Assembly (NCBI GenBank): GCA_021513715.1
Contig: CP084167.1
Coordinates: 1,696,001-1,760,000, forward strand
Length of the DNA: 64,000 nt
Origin: Candidatus Heimdallarchaeum endolithica
GTDB lineage: Archaea; Asgardarchaeota; Heimdallarchaeia; Heimdallarchaeales; Heimdallarchaeaceae
Direction of reading: 5' to 3'
Of the stretch, positions 18,696 through 29,000 are shown one piece after another (positions within the stretch are counted from its first letter, which is position 1; each line of letters opens with the position of its first letter). The position numbers and the translations under genes were made by a program. Under the pieces are notes generated by a model, which was given only the letters and a program-made list of their open reading frames with translations, ran no database searches and was not told the DNA's origin.

Positions 18696-19598
18696 TTATA
18701 AGCTGTTTATAAAATAATTTAATCTTTGAAGAGCGAGTCTACTTTCAGGTAGCATTTTTCCAAAAAGAGTGAAACAATGTGTCATTTCTTCCCAGATATC
18801 GATTTTTATATCTACTCCAGATTCAAGAGCCTTTTTTGCAAATCTCACAGAATCATCAAGCAATATTTCAGAAGTTCCAACTTGAATAAATATCGGAGGT
18901 AATCCATGAAGTTCTCCAAACAAAGGAGAAACTAAAGGATTTCTGGGATTCTGCCCTTGTAAGTACATCTCTGCTGCAAACTCCAAATTCTTTTTTGATA
19001 ATTGGGGATCCTCATCTTCTTTAGTCAAAATAGATTCACCTGATAAAGTTAAATCAGTCCAAGGTGAAATACATATAGCTGCTCGAGGAAGAGGTTTTTT
19101 TATTGATTTCAGGTTAAGCATCGTAGATAGAGCCAAACCCCCTCCTGCAGAGTCACCCATTAGAATTACTTTATCTGGTTCAAGTTCCATATCACTTATC
19201 AATTCCAAATATGTTTTTGTTGCATCTTCAAGAGCTACTGGAAAAGGATACTCTGGAGCTAAACGATAATCTAGAAGTAACACTTGTGTTTCTGTCAGCA
19301 TTGAGAATCTTCCTGCAAAAGCTCTATGCGTTTTCGGAGATCCAATTACATAAGCTCCTCCGTGTAAGTATAAAATTGTATATTCAGATTTCATATAACC
19401 AATTTTAGTTGGATATAACCATTCTGCATATAAATTGTTTATTTGAGTTTGTTCAACACTTATTGTTTTTGGGACTTTTAAAATTGAAAGAGTTCTTTCT
19501 AAAATATGTCTTTTTCGTTCTACACTTCTATCTCCAGAAGATTTTACAGGCAGAGAACGTAAAAGGTTTAACAAAATTTTTGCTTTACGACTAACCAC
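18696..19598 (-). CDS. Alpha/beta hydrolase, HSL-family esterase
   Basis: HGGAY, DYRLAPE and GDSAGG motifs. Confidence 0.93.
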   Translation of the reverse strand: MVSRKAKILLNLLRSLPVKSSGDRSVERKRHILERTLSILKVPKTISVEQTQINNLYAEWLYPTKIGYMKSEYTILYLHGGAYVIGSPKTHRAFAGRFSMLTETQVLLLDYRLAPEYPFPVALEDATKTYLELISDMELEPDKVILMGDSAGGGLALSTMLNLKSIKKPLPRAAICISPWTDLTLSGESILTKEDEDPQLSKKNLEFAAEMYLQGQNPRNPLVSPLFGELHGLPPIFIQVGTSEILLDDSVRFAKKALESGVDIKIDIWEEMTHCFTLFGKMLPESRLALQRLNYFINSL

Positions 19599-19716
19599 AA
19601 TAATAGGAAATTATTACACAGAACATAAATGTTTTCTTTAAACATTTATGCAAAAAAACAACATATAACCTATAGTTAAGAAAAGATTTAAAGTTTAATA
19701 AAAATTAAAAACATCA

Positions 19717-20682
19717 ATGCCTCAAAAAATAGAAGATGTCTATGGAAATATAAAACAGTATATTAATAAAACGCCGGTAATGACATCTACAACACTAAAT
19801 AAATTAACTGAATCAAGTTGCTTTTTAAAGTGTGAGAATTTCCAAAAGATGGGTGCTTTCAAAATTAGGGGGGCAGTTAATGCTTTACTAAATTTAACTA
19901 AAAAACAAAAAGATAAAGGGGTAATAACACACAGTTCTGGAAATCATGCTCAAGCTTTATCACTTGCAGCTTCATTTTTTAATGTTAAAGCTACAATTGT
20001 TATGCCTGAAAATGCACCAAAGGTTAAAATTGAAGCAACAAGAAATTACGGTGGAGAAGTTATTTTTTGTGGGAACAAACCATTAGATAGAGAAAAGAAA
20101 ACAGAAGAATTAATTAAGCAACACGATTATACATTAATTCATCCTTCAAATAATTGGAACATTATTCGTGGAGCAGGAACAGCATCCTATGAATTGATAC
20201 ATGAGACCCGAGATCTAGATTATATTTTTGCTCCTGTGGGAGGAGGAGGGCTATTAAGTGGAACATCTTTAGCAGTTAAAGAATTATCTGAAAAAACAAA
20301 GGTGATTGGTGTTGAACCAGAAAACGCTGACGATGCATTTAGGTCAATAAGAGATAATAGGATATATCCATCAACAAATCCTAATACAATAGCAGATGGC
20401 CTTAGAACTTCATTAGGAAATATCACTTTTCCTATAATCAGAGACAATGTTCATAAAATCATTCTAGTATCAGAAGAGGAGATAGTCAAAGCTATGGAGT
20501 TTCTATGGACTCGAATGAAATTAGTTGTTGAGCCCTCAGGTGCTGTTTCATTAGCAGGATTATTAAAACAAAAAGAAAGTATAAGAAACAAACGTGTAGG
20601 AGCAATCATTTCAGGTGGAAATATTGATTTGACCGATTTCTTTGCCAAATTCAAGGGAGTGGAAAACAATTCAAAACAGTGA
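19717..20682 (+). CDS. PLP-dependent serine/threonine dehydratase (serine racemase-like)
   Basis: FKIRGA, SSGNHAQ, VGGGGL and SGGN motifs. Confidence 0.92.
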   Translation: MPQKIEDVYGNIKQYINKTPVMTSTTLNKLTESSCFLKCENFQKMGAFKIRGAVNALLNLTKKQKDKGVITHSSGNHAQALSLAASFFNVKATIVMPENAPKVKIEATRNYGGEVIFCGNKPLDREKKTEELIKQHDYTLIHPSNNWNIIRGAGTASYELIHETRDLDYIFAPVGGGGLLSGTSLAVKELSEKTKVIGVEPENADDAFRSIRDNRIYPSTNPNTIADGLRTSLGNITFPIIRDNVHKIILVSEEEIVKAMEFLWTRMKLVVEPSGAVSLAGLLKQKESIRNKRVGAIISGGNIDLTDFFAKFKGVENNSKQ

Positions 20683-22208
20683 AAGTTATGGAAGAATCTT
20701 CAAAAAAGCCAATTGCATTTATACCTACACCAAAAGAGATAGCTTCTCTAATGGTTTCTTTGATAACAAAATCTAAAACTGACAGTATATTAGATCCAGG
20801 ATGTGGAAAAGGTATTTTCATTGAATGTTTAAAGGAACAAAACTTCACCAACATAACAGGGGTAGAATTAAACAAAGAGTTGTACAATTTTTGTAAAAAT
20901 AAATTATCGCAAAGTATTATCATTAACAACGATTTTCTAGATTTAAGCGAAAATAACAAATTTGATGTAATCATTGGTAACCCTCCTTATACCCATTATA
21001 ACTCTCTTCCTACAAGTATGAAAGAAAAAGTTTATTCAATTACGAAAACAAGAGAAACAGATATCTATTATGCTTTTATCATAAAAGCTGTAAAATTATT
21101 GAAGGATGAAGGCGAACTTATTTTTATTGTACCATATAGCTTTTTTTATAATACATTTGCAAAAACAGTAAGAGAGATTCTTGCAAAAAATGGATTCTTT
21201 GAACTAATAATAGATTTAGACGAAGTAAATTTATTTGAAGGGGAGTTGCCAGAAACAATAATATTTAAGTTTAAGAAGGTAAAGGAGAAAAGAGATACAA
21301 TCATTCTAAAAATTAAAACAAGACTAGCAAAACCAGCACGAGTCACTGAAAAAGCATTAGAGAGTTTAGAAAAAAGGAGAGAAAATGAACTATTTTCCTA
21401 TTTCATAAAAAAGTTTGATTATAAATCAGAAACATGGTCAACTTTCCCATATATTGAGGTCAGTTTTTTTAACAGACTATCAGAATTAGCTTTTGTTGGA
21501 GTAGGAATGGTTTCAGGTTATGATAAAGCCTTTAGACTAGAAGAAAAAACAATCAAATTACTAAATGATGAAGAACAAAAAAGAGTTTTTCCATTTGTAA
21601 AAGGAGAAAACTGTAAGGGTTATTTTATTCAGGGATGCGTATATTATTTCCTACTTGATAGCAGCATAAAATCAGAGGAAGAGCTAAGTAAAAAATATCC
21701 AAATTTTTATTCTATAATTTTGTCTTCTAAAGAGAATATGATTAAAAGGTATTTACCTAAAAACAGAAAATGGTTTCATTGGCAAGCTCTTAGAAACTAT
21801 GAAACATACAGAAAGAGATTAGATGCGCCCAAGATTTTTGTTCCTACATTAGATAGAAGTAAGATAAACCGTTTCAGTCTTACCTATGAGAAATTCTTTC
21901 CTTCAGGAGATGTTATTACAATCATTCCTTACAAAGATGTTGATCCTTTTTTTCTTCTAGGTTATTTGAATAGTGACTTCTTTAGGAGATATTATTTTTC
22001 ATATGGAGGAAAAAGAGGAAACAGAGTTTCGTATACACAACGGTTATTATCCAACGCTAAAATACCCAAATTTTCTGAGAAAATAAGAAAAATAATTTCA
22101 TCTGAATCCAAAAAGATCTTTAATCAAAAGTCATTTCAAGATTGTAGGGAAAAAATAGAAAAAACCATACTCAAATCTTTCGAGGAAAATCTTTTTGATT
22201 CAGTATAG
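20679..22208 (+). CDS. N6-adenine DNA methyltransferase (gamma class, TaqI/Eco57I-like), no adjacent nuclease
   Basis: Motif I DPGCGKG, motif IV GNPPY and C-terminal TRD with FLLGYLNS. Confidence 0.9.
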   Translation: MKVMEESSKKPIAFIPTPKEIASLMVSLITKSKTDSILDPGCGKGIFIECLKEQNFTNITGVELNKELYNFCKNKLSQSIIINNDFLDLSENNKFDVIIGNPPYTHYNSLPTSMKEKVYSITKTRETDIYYAFIIKAVKLLKDEGELIFIVPYSFFYNTFAKTVREILAKNGFFELIIDLDEVNLFEGELPETIIFKFKKVKEKRDTIILKIKTRLAKPARVTEKALESLEKRRENELFSYFIKKFDYKSETWSTFPYIEVSFFNRLSELAFVGVGMVSGYDKAFRLEEKTIKLLNDEEQKRVFPFVKGENCKGYFIQGCVYYFLLDSSIKSEEELSKKYPNFYSIILSSKENMIKRYLPKNRKWFHWQALRNYETYRKRLDAPKIFVPTLDRSKINRFSLTYEKFFPSGDVITIIPYKDVDPFFLLGYLNSDFFRRYYFSYGGKRGNRVSYTQRLLSNAKIPKFSEKIRKIISSESKKIFNQKSFQDCREKIEKTILKSFEENLFDSV

Positions 22209-22241
22209 TAATTATTTTAAATAAAAACACATTGTGCCTAT

Positions 22242-22883
22242 ATGACCTCTAGAACTTCAACAAACGGTCTATTTTTAGTCATTGAAGGAATCGATGGTGT
22301 AGGTAAAACTACTCAAGCGAAGAAGCTAGTTGAGTTCCTAAAGTCCAAGAAATTAAAAGCCGAATATACTACTGAGCCCACTCATTGGAGTATTTATGGA
22401 AAAAAATTGAGAGAAAGTTTTTTTGCTCCAGAAAGATTATCAGTTGAAGAAGAATTTAGACTTTTTTTGGAAGATAGAAAAGAACATATTGCGAAGGAGG
22501 TTTTACCTCTTATAGAGCAAGGAATAATAGTTGTATGTGACAGGTATTATTTTTCATCTGCTGCATATCAGGGATCTAGAGGATTAGATTGGAAATATAT
22601 TTTACAAGAAAATATGAAAGTTGTTTTTTCTCCAGACATAACATTCTTAATTGACATCCCTGTAGAAAAAGCAATTGAAAGAATTGCTAATGGACGAGCA
22701 GGAAAAATTAATACATTTGAAAAAAGAGAAAATCTCATCAAAGTCAGGAAAATCTATCAAGAAATTGCCCAAGAGTTCAGTGAGTTAATAACAGTTATAG
22801 ACGGAAATTACAGTATAGACACAGTTCACGAGTTAATAATTGAACACTTAAAACCTAAACTCTTTGAAAAAAACTTAATTTAG
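22242..22883 (+). CDS. tmk: Thymidylate kinase
   Basis: EGIDGVGKTT and CDRYYFSSAAYQG motifs. Confidence 0.95.
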   Translation: MTSRTSTNGLFLVIEGIDGVGKTTQAKKLVEFLKSKKLKAEYTTEPTHWSIYGKKLRESFFAPERLSVEEEFRLFLEDRKEHIAKEVLPLIEQGIIVVCDRYYFSSAAYQGSRGLDWKYILQENMKVVFSPDITFLIDIPVEKAIERIANGRAGKINTFEKRENLIKVRKIYQEIAQEFSELITVIDGNYSIDTVHELIIEHLKPKLFEKNLI

Positions 22884-22936
22884 GTAATCTCGACGTCTAG
22901 TCTTTAAATTTCTTAAAAAGTTTCAAAAACAAAGCA

Positions 22937-23094
22937 TTTTTAAATAAAAAGGAATGATGCTATTTGAGGACTAATGAGTATAGGTGAATTTGTTCCGAAC
23001 TTGCAGTAGCAACATTGTTTTACTTAGGAGTAGGAACAACACCTCAAAGAGTCTTTTTTTCTATGAGAAAAAATATGAGAAGGATGTGAAATAG
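22937..23094 (+). promoter_or_regulatory. proS leader: TATA, hairpin, Pro-sensing uORF and +1-frame coupling ORF
   Basis: TTTTTAAA at 22937-22944; stems TTTGAGG/CCTCAAA and TTGTTCC/GGAACAA; +1 frame open to TAG at 23092-23094, abutting the proS ATG. Confidence 0.75.
22974..23009 (+). CDS. Leader peptide MSIGEFVPNLQ
   Basis: ATG AGT ATA GGT GAA TTT GTT CCG AAC TTG CAG TAG; Pro codon at the same position as the cognate codon in the thrS and leuS leaders. Confidence 0.7.
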   Translation: MSIGEFVPNLQ

Positions 23095-24531
23095 ATGTCA
23101 GTTTTTACAAAGAAAAAGGATGAACAATTCATGGCATGGTATCTTGATGTCATTCGAAGAGCAGAAATTGTAGATACTCGAACAGGAGTCAAAGGTGCTA
23201 ATGTACTCATGAGCAATGGATATGAAATTTGGAAAAGGATGCAAAACATCTTGGATGAGAAATTCTATGGAACCAATCATAAAACTATGATATTCCCTTT
23301 ACTAATTCCTGAAAAATTCTTAATGATGGAAAAAGAACACTTTGCAGGATTCGTTCCAGAAGTAGCTCTCGTTACTCACGCAGGAGAAAAAAAATTAGAA
23401 GAAAATTATGCTTTAAGGCCAACATCTGAAACTATAATGTATCACTTGTATAGTCAATGGATCAGAAGTTACACAGATCTACCTTTAAAAGTAAATCAAT
23501 GGTGCAATATTATTAGAATTGACACAAAAGACACTAGACCTTTACTTCGTGACAGAGAATTCTACTGGACAGAGGCCCACACGTGCCATGAAACAGCAGA
23601 AGAAGCAGAAGAACAAGTGAAAGAATCAATGTGGATTTATTCAACATTCTTTGATGAATGTTGCTTACCTTATTTAGTACTCAAGCGTCCAAAACATGAC
23701 ACTTTTCCGGGAGCAGAATATAGCGTAGCTTATGATTGTCCTCTCCCAGATGGAAAAAGTCTCCAAATAGGAACTACACACAATCTCGCACAAGGATTTA
23801 GCAAAGTATTTAAAATCAAATTTCAGAAAGCTGATGGAAAACATGATTTTGCTTATCAAACTTGTTATGGATTATCCACGAGAGTTATAGCTGCCGTAAT
23901 TGGTGTTCATGGTGATGATCGAGGGTTAATTTTACCTCCATATCTAGCACCAACCCAAGTAGCTATTATTCCAATTATATTCAAAAGCAAAGAAGAAAAA
24001 GTGCAAAAGATTAGTAAAGAATTATATGAGAAAATCAAGTTGTCTGGTATAAGGGTAATATTAGATGACGGGCCTAAAACTAGTGGTTGGAAATTTAATG
24101 AATATGAGCTTCGAGGGGTACCAATAAGAATAGAAGTAGGCCCACGAGATGTAGAAAAAGGTTCTGTGGTTATTGTTCGTCGTGATACAAAGGAAAAGAT
24201 CGAAGTCAAAAATGAAGATATGATAGAAGAGATACAAAAATTGTTTAAAGCAATTACTATAGAATTAAAACAAAGAGCCAAGGCCTTATTGAAAAAATCT
24301 GTTTCAACACTAGAAACTTTAGAAGAAATTGAAGAGAAATTCAGCACAAAAAAACCTGGTTTCATCAGAACAAACTGGTGCGGAAATAAGAAATGTGCTG
24401 AATATGTAAAAGAAAACTTCCGAGCTAATATTCTTGGTACAAAGTATGGTGAAGTAGAGCAAGTTTTTGGAGATTGCCCTGTTTGCGGTGAAAAAGCTAA
24501 ACATGTTGTGTATCTTTCAAGAACTTACTAG
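23095..24531 (+). CDS. proS: Prolyl-tRNA synthetase, archaeal/eukaryotic type
   Basis: LRPTSET, REFYWTEAHT, QIGTTHNL and C-terminal zinc domain ending SRTY. Confidence 0.97.
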   Translation: MSVFTKKKDEQFMAWYLDVIRRAEIVDTRTGVKGANVLMSNGYEIWKRMQNILDEKFYGTNHKTMIFPLLIPEKFLMMEKEHFAGFVPEVALVTHAGEKKLEENYALRPTSETIMYHLYSQWIRSYTDLPLKVNQWCNIIRIDTKDTRPLLRDREFYWTEAHTCHETAEEAEEQVKESMWIYSTFFDECCLPYLVLKRPKHDTFPGAEYSVAYDCPLPDGKSLQIGTTHNLAQGFSKVFKIKFQKADGKHDFAYQTCYGLSTRVIAAVIGVHGDDRGLILPPYLAPTQVAIIPIIFKSKEEKVQKISKELYEKIKLSGIRVILDDGPKTSGWKFNEYELRGVPIRIEVGPRDVEKGSVVIVRRDTKEKIEVKNEDMIEEIQKLFKAITIELKQRAKALLKKSVSTLETLEEIEEKFSTKKPGFIRTNWCGNKKCAEYVKENFRANILGTKYGEVEQVFGDCPVCGEKAKHVVYLSRTY

Positions 24532-24639
24532 TTCTTCACTTTCCTATTTTATTTTTAAAATCTGTGACAAACGATAGATTTTTTTGTTTGAAAGATAGTT
24601 TTTTAATATTAATACAGTAATTAAGAAAGGAAGAGTAAA

Positions 24640-25020
24640 ATGTCAATAAGTTTACCACCAGAAAAGAAAAAAGAATTAATTAAAATATTAAAACAAATTT
24701 CACAAGGTTGTGAATTGGAAGCTTTAGCAGTTGTAACAGATGAGGGAATTAAAGTAGCTTTTTTTGCTGAGAAAAGTGCAGACCCTGATTTACTCAGTGC
24801 TGTAAGCTCTGCTGTTCTTTCCACCGGAGAGATGGTTACAAAACAGCTTTCTCACGGTTTTTTGGAACAAGTATTAATCCGTGGTGCTAAAGGATTTACA
24901 ATCTTATCTAATTTAGATAACTATCTTTTAATTGGAGCTTCTAAGGATTTACACAGCGTTGGTTTAGCTATACAAGTAATAAGAAGACATAGCCCCACAA
25001 TCTCAGAATTGTTAAACTAA
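24640..25020 (+). CDS. Roadblock/LC7 domain protein
   Basis: ALAVVTDEG...LLSAVSSAVLSTGE...LEQVLIRGAKG. Confidence 0.88.
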   Translation: MSISLPPEKKKELIKILKQISQGCELEALAVVTDEGIKVAFFAEKSADPDLLSAVSSAVLSTGEMVTKQLSHGFLEQVLIRGAKGFTILSNLDNYLLIGASKDLHSVGLAIQVIRRHSPTISELLN

Positions 25021-25056
25021 AAAAATAAAATAATAGAACTGATTAGTAAAAGAGAG

Positions 25057-26058
25057 TTAATAAAAGAGGAAACTCTTCTCTATTTCCTCTTGGCTAAAAC
25101 CAGCATTAATTCCAACAATTATTCTAATAAGGTCAGAGATTTCTGCATACTTCATTTCAAAAAAGGCAATTAATATCTCAATATCAGTTGAGGATTTTTG
25201 ACGAAATATTTTTTTCCATTTTTTGATTTGGAAACGTTCAACAGCAAATTCTATGTCATGTAAAGGGATATCATCTTTTCCCATGTAGTCAGCAAATATT
25301 CTTTTGTATACTCCAAAGTTGTACATGCTTAAGACTTCAGGAATAGAATTTGATTCTAATGCTTTAGCAATAAATGTTGTTGGTTTAATATAACGATAGG
25401 GAGCAATCCCAAGATTAATACATCTACACACCCATATTATATTCTTCAAATTAACGTATATATCAAATTCACGGGAAATTATAGGGAGAATATAATATTC
25501 AAACTGATCTATTGCTGCGTCAACTGGTACAAAACGTCCTGTTTTCTGAAATTCAGAATAACCTTGTTCTAGTAATTGTTTAAAAGTTTGAATTTTTTCT
25601 GACTTAATGATATCAGCAATTGATGAGGAGGAAGTAAGAACTTTTTCATAATATTCATAGCTATATTTTCCCACAGGAGAAACTCTTTCTAATATCTCTT
25701 CATGAGGTTGTTTCATAAAAAGTCCACGGAGAATATATCGGATATTCTCTGCATGAAATCGTTGAGAATGAAGATCGATTATTTTTTTTGCTCTACTTGA
25801 ACCTTGTTTATAAAAAGTGCTTACAGTTCGAGCAAAATGATTTTTTAATTGTTTTGCAACTTCTGGCATCTCTGTAACGAAATTTATATCTTGAACGATT
25901 GAACCATATTGTGTTTGCCGAAAAGCAGCTTGTAGTTCTTTAAGATTAGAGGAGGATAGAAGAAAATTTATCTGGCTTCGGCTAAGTACCTTGCCTATTA
26001 TTCCATGAGCTCTTCCATATAGATATCCATCTCCTGAGAACATTTTATTCACCAGCAA
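25057..26058 (-). CDS. atpC: V/A-type ATPase subunit C (AC39/d family)
   Basis: GYLYGRAHG, ENIRYILRG and EISDLIRIIVG; overlaps the subunit I stop. Confidence 0.8.
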   Translation of the reverse strand: MLVNKMFSGDGYLYGRAHGIIGKVLSRSQINFLLSSSNLKELQAAFRQTQYGSIVQDINFVTEMPEVAKQLKNHFARTVSTFYKQGSSRAKKIIDLHSQRFHAENIRYILRGLFMKQPHEEILERVSPVGKYSYEYYEKVLTSSSSIADIIKSEKIQTFKQLLEQGYSEFQKTGRFVPVDAAIDQFEYYILPIISREFDIYVNLKNIIWVCRCINLGIAPYRYIKPTTFIAKALESNSIPEVLSMYNFGVYKRIFADYMGKDDIPLHDIEFAVERFQIKKWKKIFRQKSSTDIEILIAFFEMKYAEISDLIRIIVGINAGFSQEEIEKSFLFY

Positions 26059-29000
26059 CAGTTGTGTATTGAATAAATTTGGTTTTCTCTAGTAATGGAG
26101 TATATTGGACACCTTCTCCTTTGTAGAATTTGGAAAAGAATTCTACCCAATGCAACCTCAGTGTCTGTAAGAATGAGAACATTCCTTCAATAGGTACAAT
26201 TACAACAAGTCCCCAAACAATGCCAACAAGCCAATAAATCCAAGAGGAAGCTAAAGCAGAGACGTTATGAGTATCAACACCAGCTAAAATATATGGAAGA
26301 CCACTCAAAATTGCATGGACTAGTAACATAGCTAAAATACGGCTAAAGGATAGTGTATTAGAGAATAGAGCAATGAGATGGTCTATAGCTTCCATGATCC
26401 CTTCTGTTCCTTCATGGAGATATTCGAAGAGGAAAACTAGAGGAATTGAAACTAAGGCAATAATTGTAAATATTGTAGAATAGGGTTTCGGTATACTAGG
26501 AAGTGCATTTCCTCCAATAAGTCGTGAAGTAGCGCCAGCACCCATTAAATTATACAAAACTGCAAAAAGTCCTACGTAAAAAATAGAAAGTATAATTGGA
26601 GAAACCCATGAAGCAACACCGTGACCATATTTTTTGTTTTCTATAAATCTTAACCAAATACCAAGTTGTATAAGTACAAAACCGATAGAAATGGAAAACA
26701 ATAAGAATAAGGGCACTTCTTTTGTAGGCTCAATTAAAGGCAACCATTCAATATGCAAAACATTTTCATAAATATGAGGTAGAAATACTTCATCACCTAG
26801 AAGTGCTCCAAATAGGAAACCGAAGATAATTGAAGAAAAACCAGAAAGAGTAAGTAACTCAGAACCTTTATACAGAAATCCAGACATTGATTCATCAGGT
26901 TCAATATTCTTTTTGTTTTTCTTATAAGTTAGAAACAATCCAATCAAGAAGAGAAGTATTCCATGTCCCACATCAGCGAACATTATACCAAATATCAAGG
27001 GAAAAGTAAATTGTATAATTTTGAAGGGGTCAACTTCATGAGTTGAAGGGATACCCATTCCATCAACTATTCCTCGAAAAACTTTAGTAACCTTATTTCC
27101 ATGTTTTGTCATAGAAGGATTCGTTAATGGTACTTTTTGTTTTTCAGACATAGTTATTGGAAAATCCAATTTTTCGGTTTCTTTCTTTAAGTCTTCAACC
27201 TTATCTTTAGGAACCCAACCCCAAATTGTTGTAGTAGTTTCATCAGTTTTACATTTTTCTTCTGTTTCCAACCTTTTAATTTCTGTTTCTATTAACTCTT
27301 CTAGTGCGAAGATTTTGTCTTCTACTTTCTCCCTAATTTCATCCAATTCATGTTCTTTATGTTCTATTTCAGTCTGAAGATTCGTGAGCTGACTTTCAAT
27401 AGATTCTGAAGATATCATGCTATAGTCAATAGATAACAGCTCAAAGGAATATTCTTCTAGAATTTGTTGTATAGACTTCTTATAGTCTATTAGAGACAAT
27501 ATATAGACAAAGACTGTGTCACTTTTTTCTGGTTGATCAACCTCAATGAAAACTAATTGCCCATCAGAAACTTCATTTAGGAAAAACTTTACAGCCTTAA
27601 CATTCTTTTTTGGGATATTCCCCAAAAAGGTGCAAGTTTCAAAATCTGGATCATCCAAGTATGGTTTAACATCAGAGCTTAAATAGGAATAAATAGGAAT
27701 GTATGTTTTTAATTCTGTTTCCTTCGCTTTTAATTCTTTAAGTTCGGAACTAAGATTTTCTATTTTTTCTCCATAATCTGCAATAAATTGCTCAACAAAA
27801 GATATAGCTTCATCATAGTTATCTTTTACAGCAATCTTAGAATCAGATATTGCTGGAGGAATAGATAATCCAAGGGCTTGTTTGTATCTGCTAATTTTGG
27901 AAGATAGTAAAGTTAAATTCTGTCTTTTTTGTTTTATGTCGTTTAAAATATCTTCTGACTGTCTTCCTATCTTCTCTTGATGAAGGATACCAGTGTTATG
28001 AATAAAGGAGATTAACTTACGTGTGTGCTCCTTTGGGACTTCCATTTTAACAAACTCTACATCCTTTGGAAATAAAGCTCCTCCCTTACTGTTACCTAAA
28101 TGATGATAAGGAGGAATTTCTTTTTCAATTGTTTTTTCTTCTTTCAAAGTCAAAGAACCACGATCCTTGGAAATTTTTTTAGATTTTTTATATTTCAGAG
28201 GAACATCCCTCAATTGAGTGAGTTTAACAGGAAAAGGAAGCTCTTTGAGTTCCTTTTCGAGAATAAGATAATCATTGGGTTTAATCCAACCCCAAAGGGT
28301 AAAATTAGTTTCAGTTGTTCGACCCTGTTCTAGAATATCAAATAATTCAAGCATGAGATTAATAGAAGTAAGAAAATGCAAAAGAGTCTCACGATGTTCA
28401 TCACGCAATTCTGAAATTTGAGATAAAATTTCATCGTGCTTTTCGTGCAGAAAGTCATGTACGTTAGCTACTGTAAGCTTGCTAGTTTCTTCATCACTGA
28501 ACATGTCGGCAAAAACAGAAAGCTCAAAATCTATTGAGGAAAAATAGAAATCTTCAAGAATAGTCGAAACCTCATCTTGATATTCTTGAGGGGTGAGAAT
28601 AAAAACCAAACGAAAATCAGGGTCAGATGATTCAATACTCCAAAAGTAATAAAGACCTTTAGTTATCTCATCGATATAGAAGGAGATAACTTCCTCATAC
28701 GAATGATGAATTTCTCCAACGATAGAAAAGGTGGAAGGTCCAGGAGAAAGTAAATCTAAAGAGATATCAGCATTCTTAAATTTATGCCGAAAATAATGAA
28801 GTTTATCAGCAATTAGATGTTTCTTTGTTAAAGAACGATTTTCTTCAAAAAGAGAGATATAAGAAGTTTCATGTGTGTCTAAGAAAGATTTTAGTTCGGA
28901 GAGAAATCTAGAAGCATCAAAAACATCAGAGTAGTTTTTTTCCGAATATAAATAAACATTAGAAAGATCTAGATCTAGTTCTTGTGAAATGGTAGTAAAA

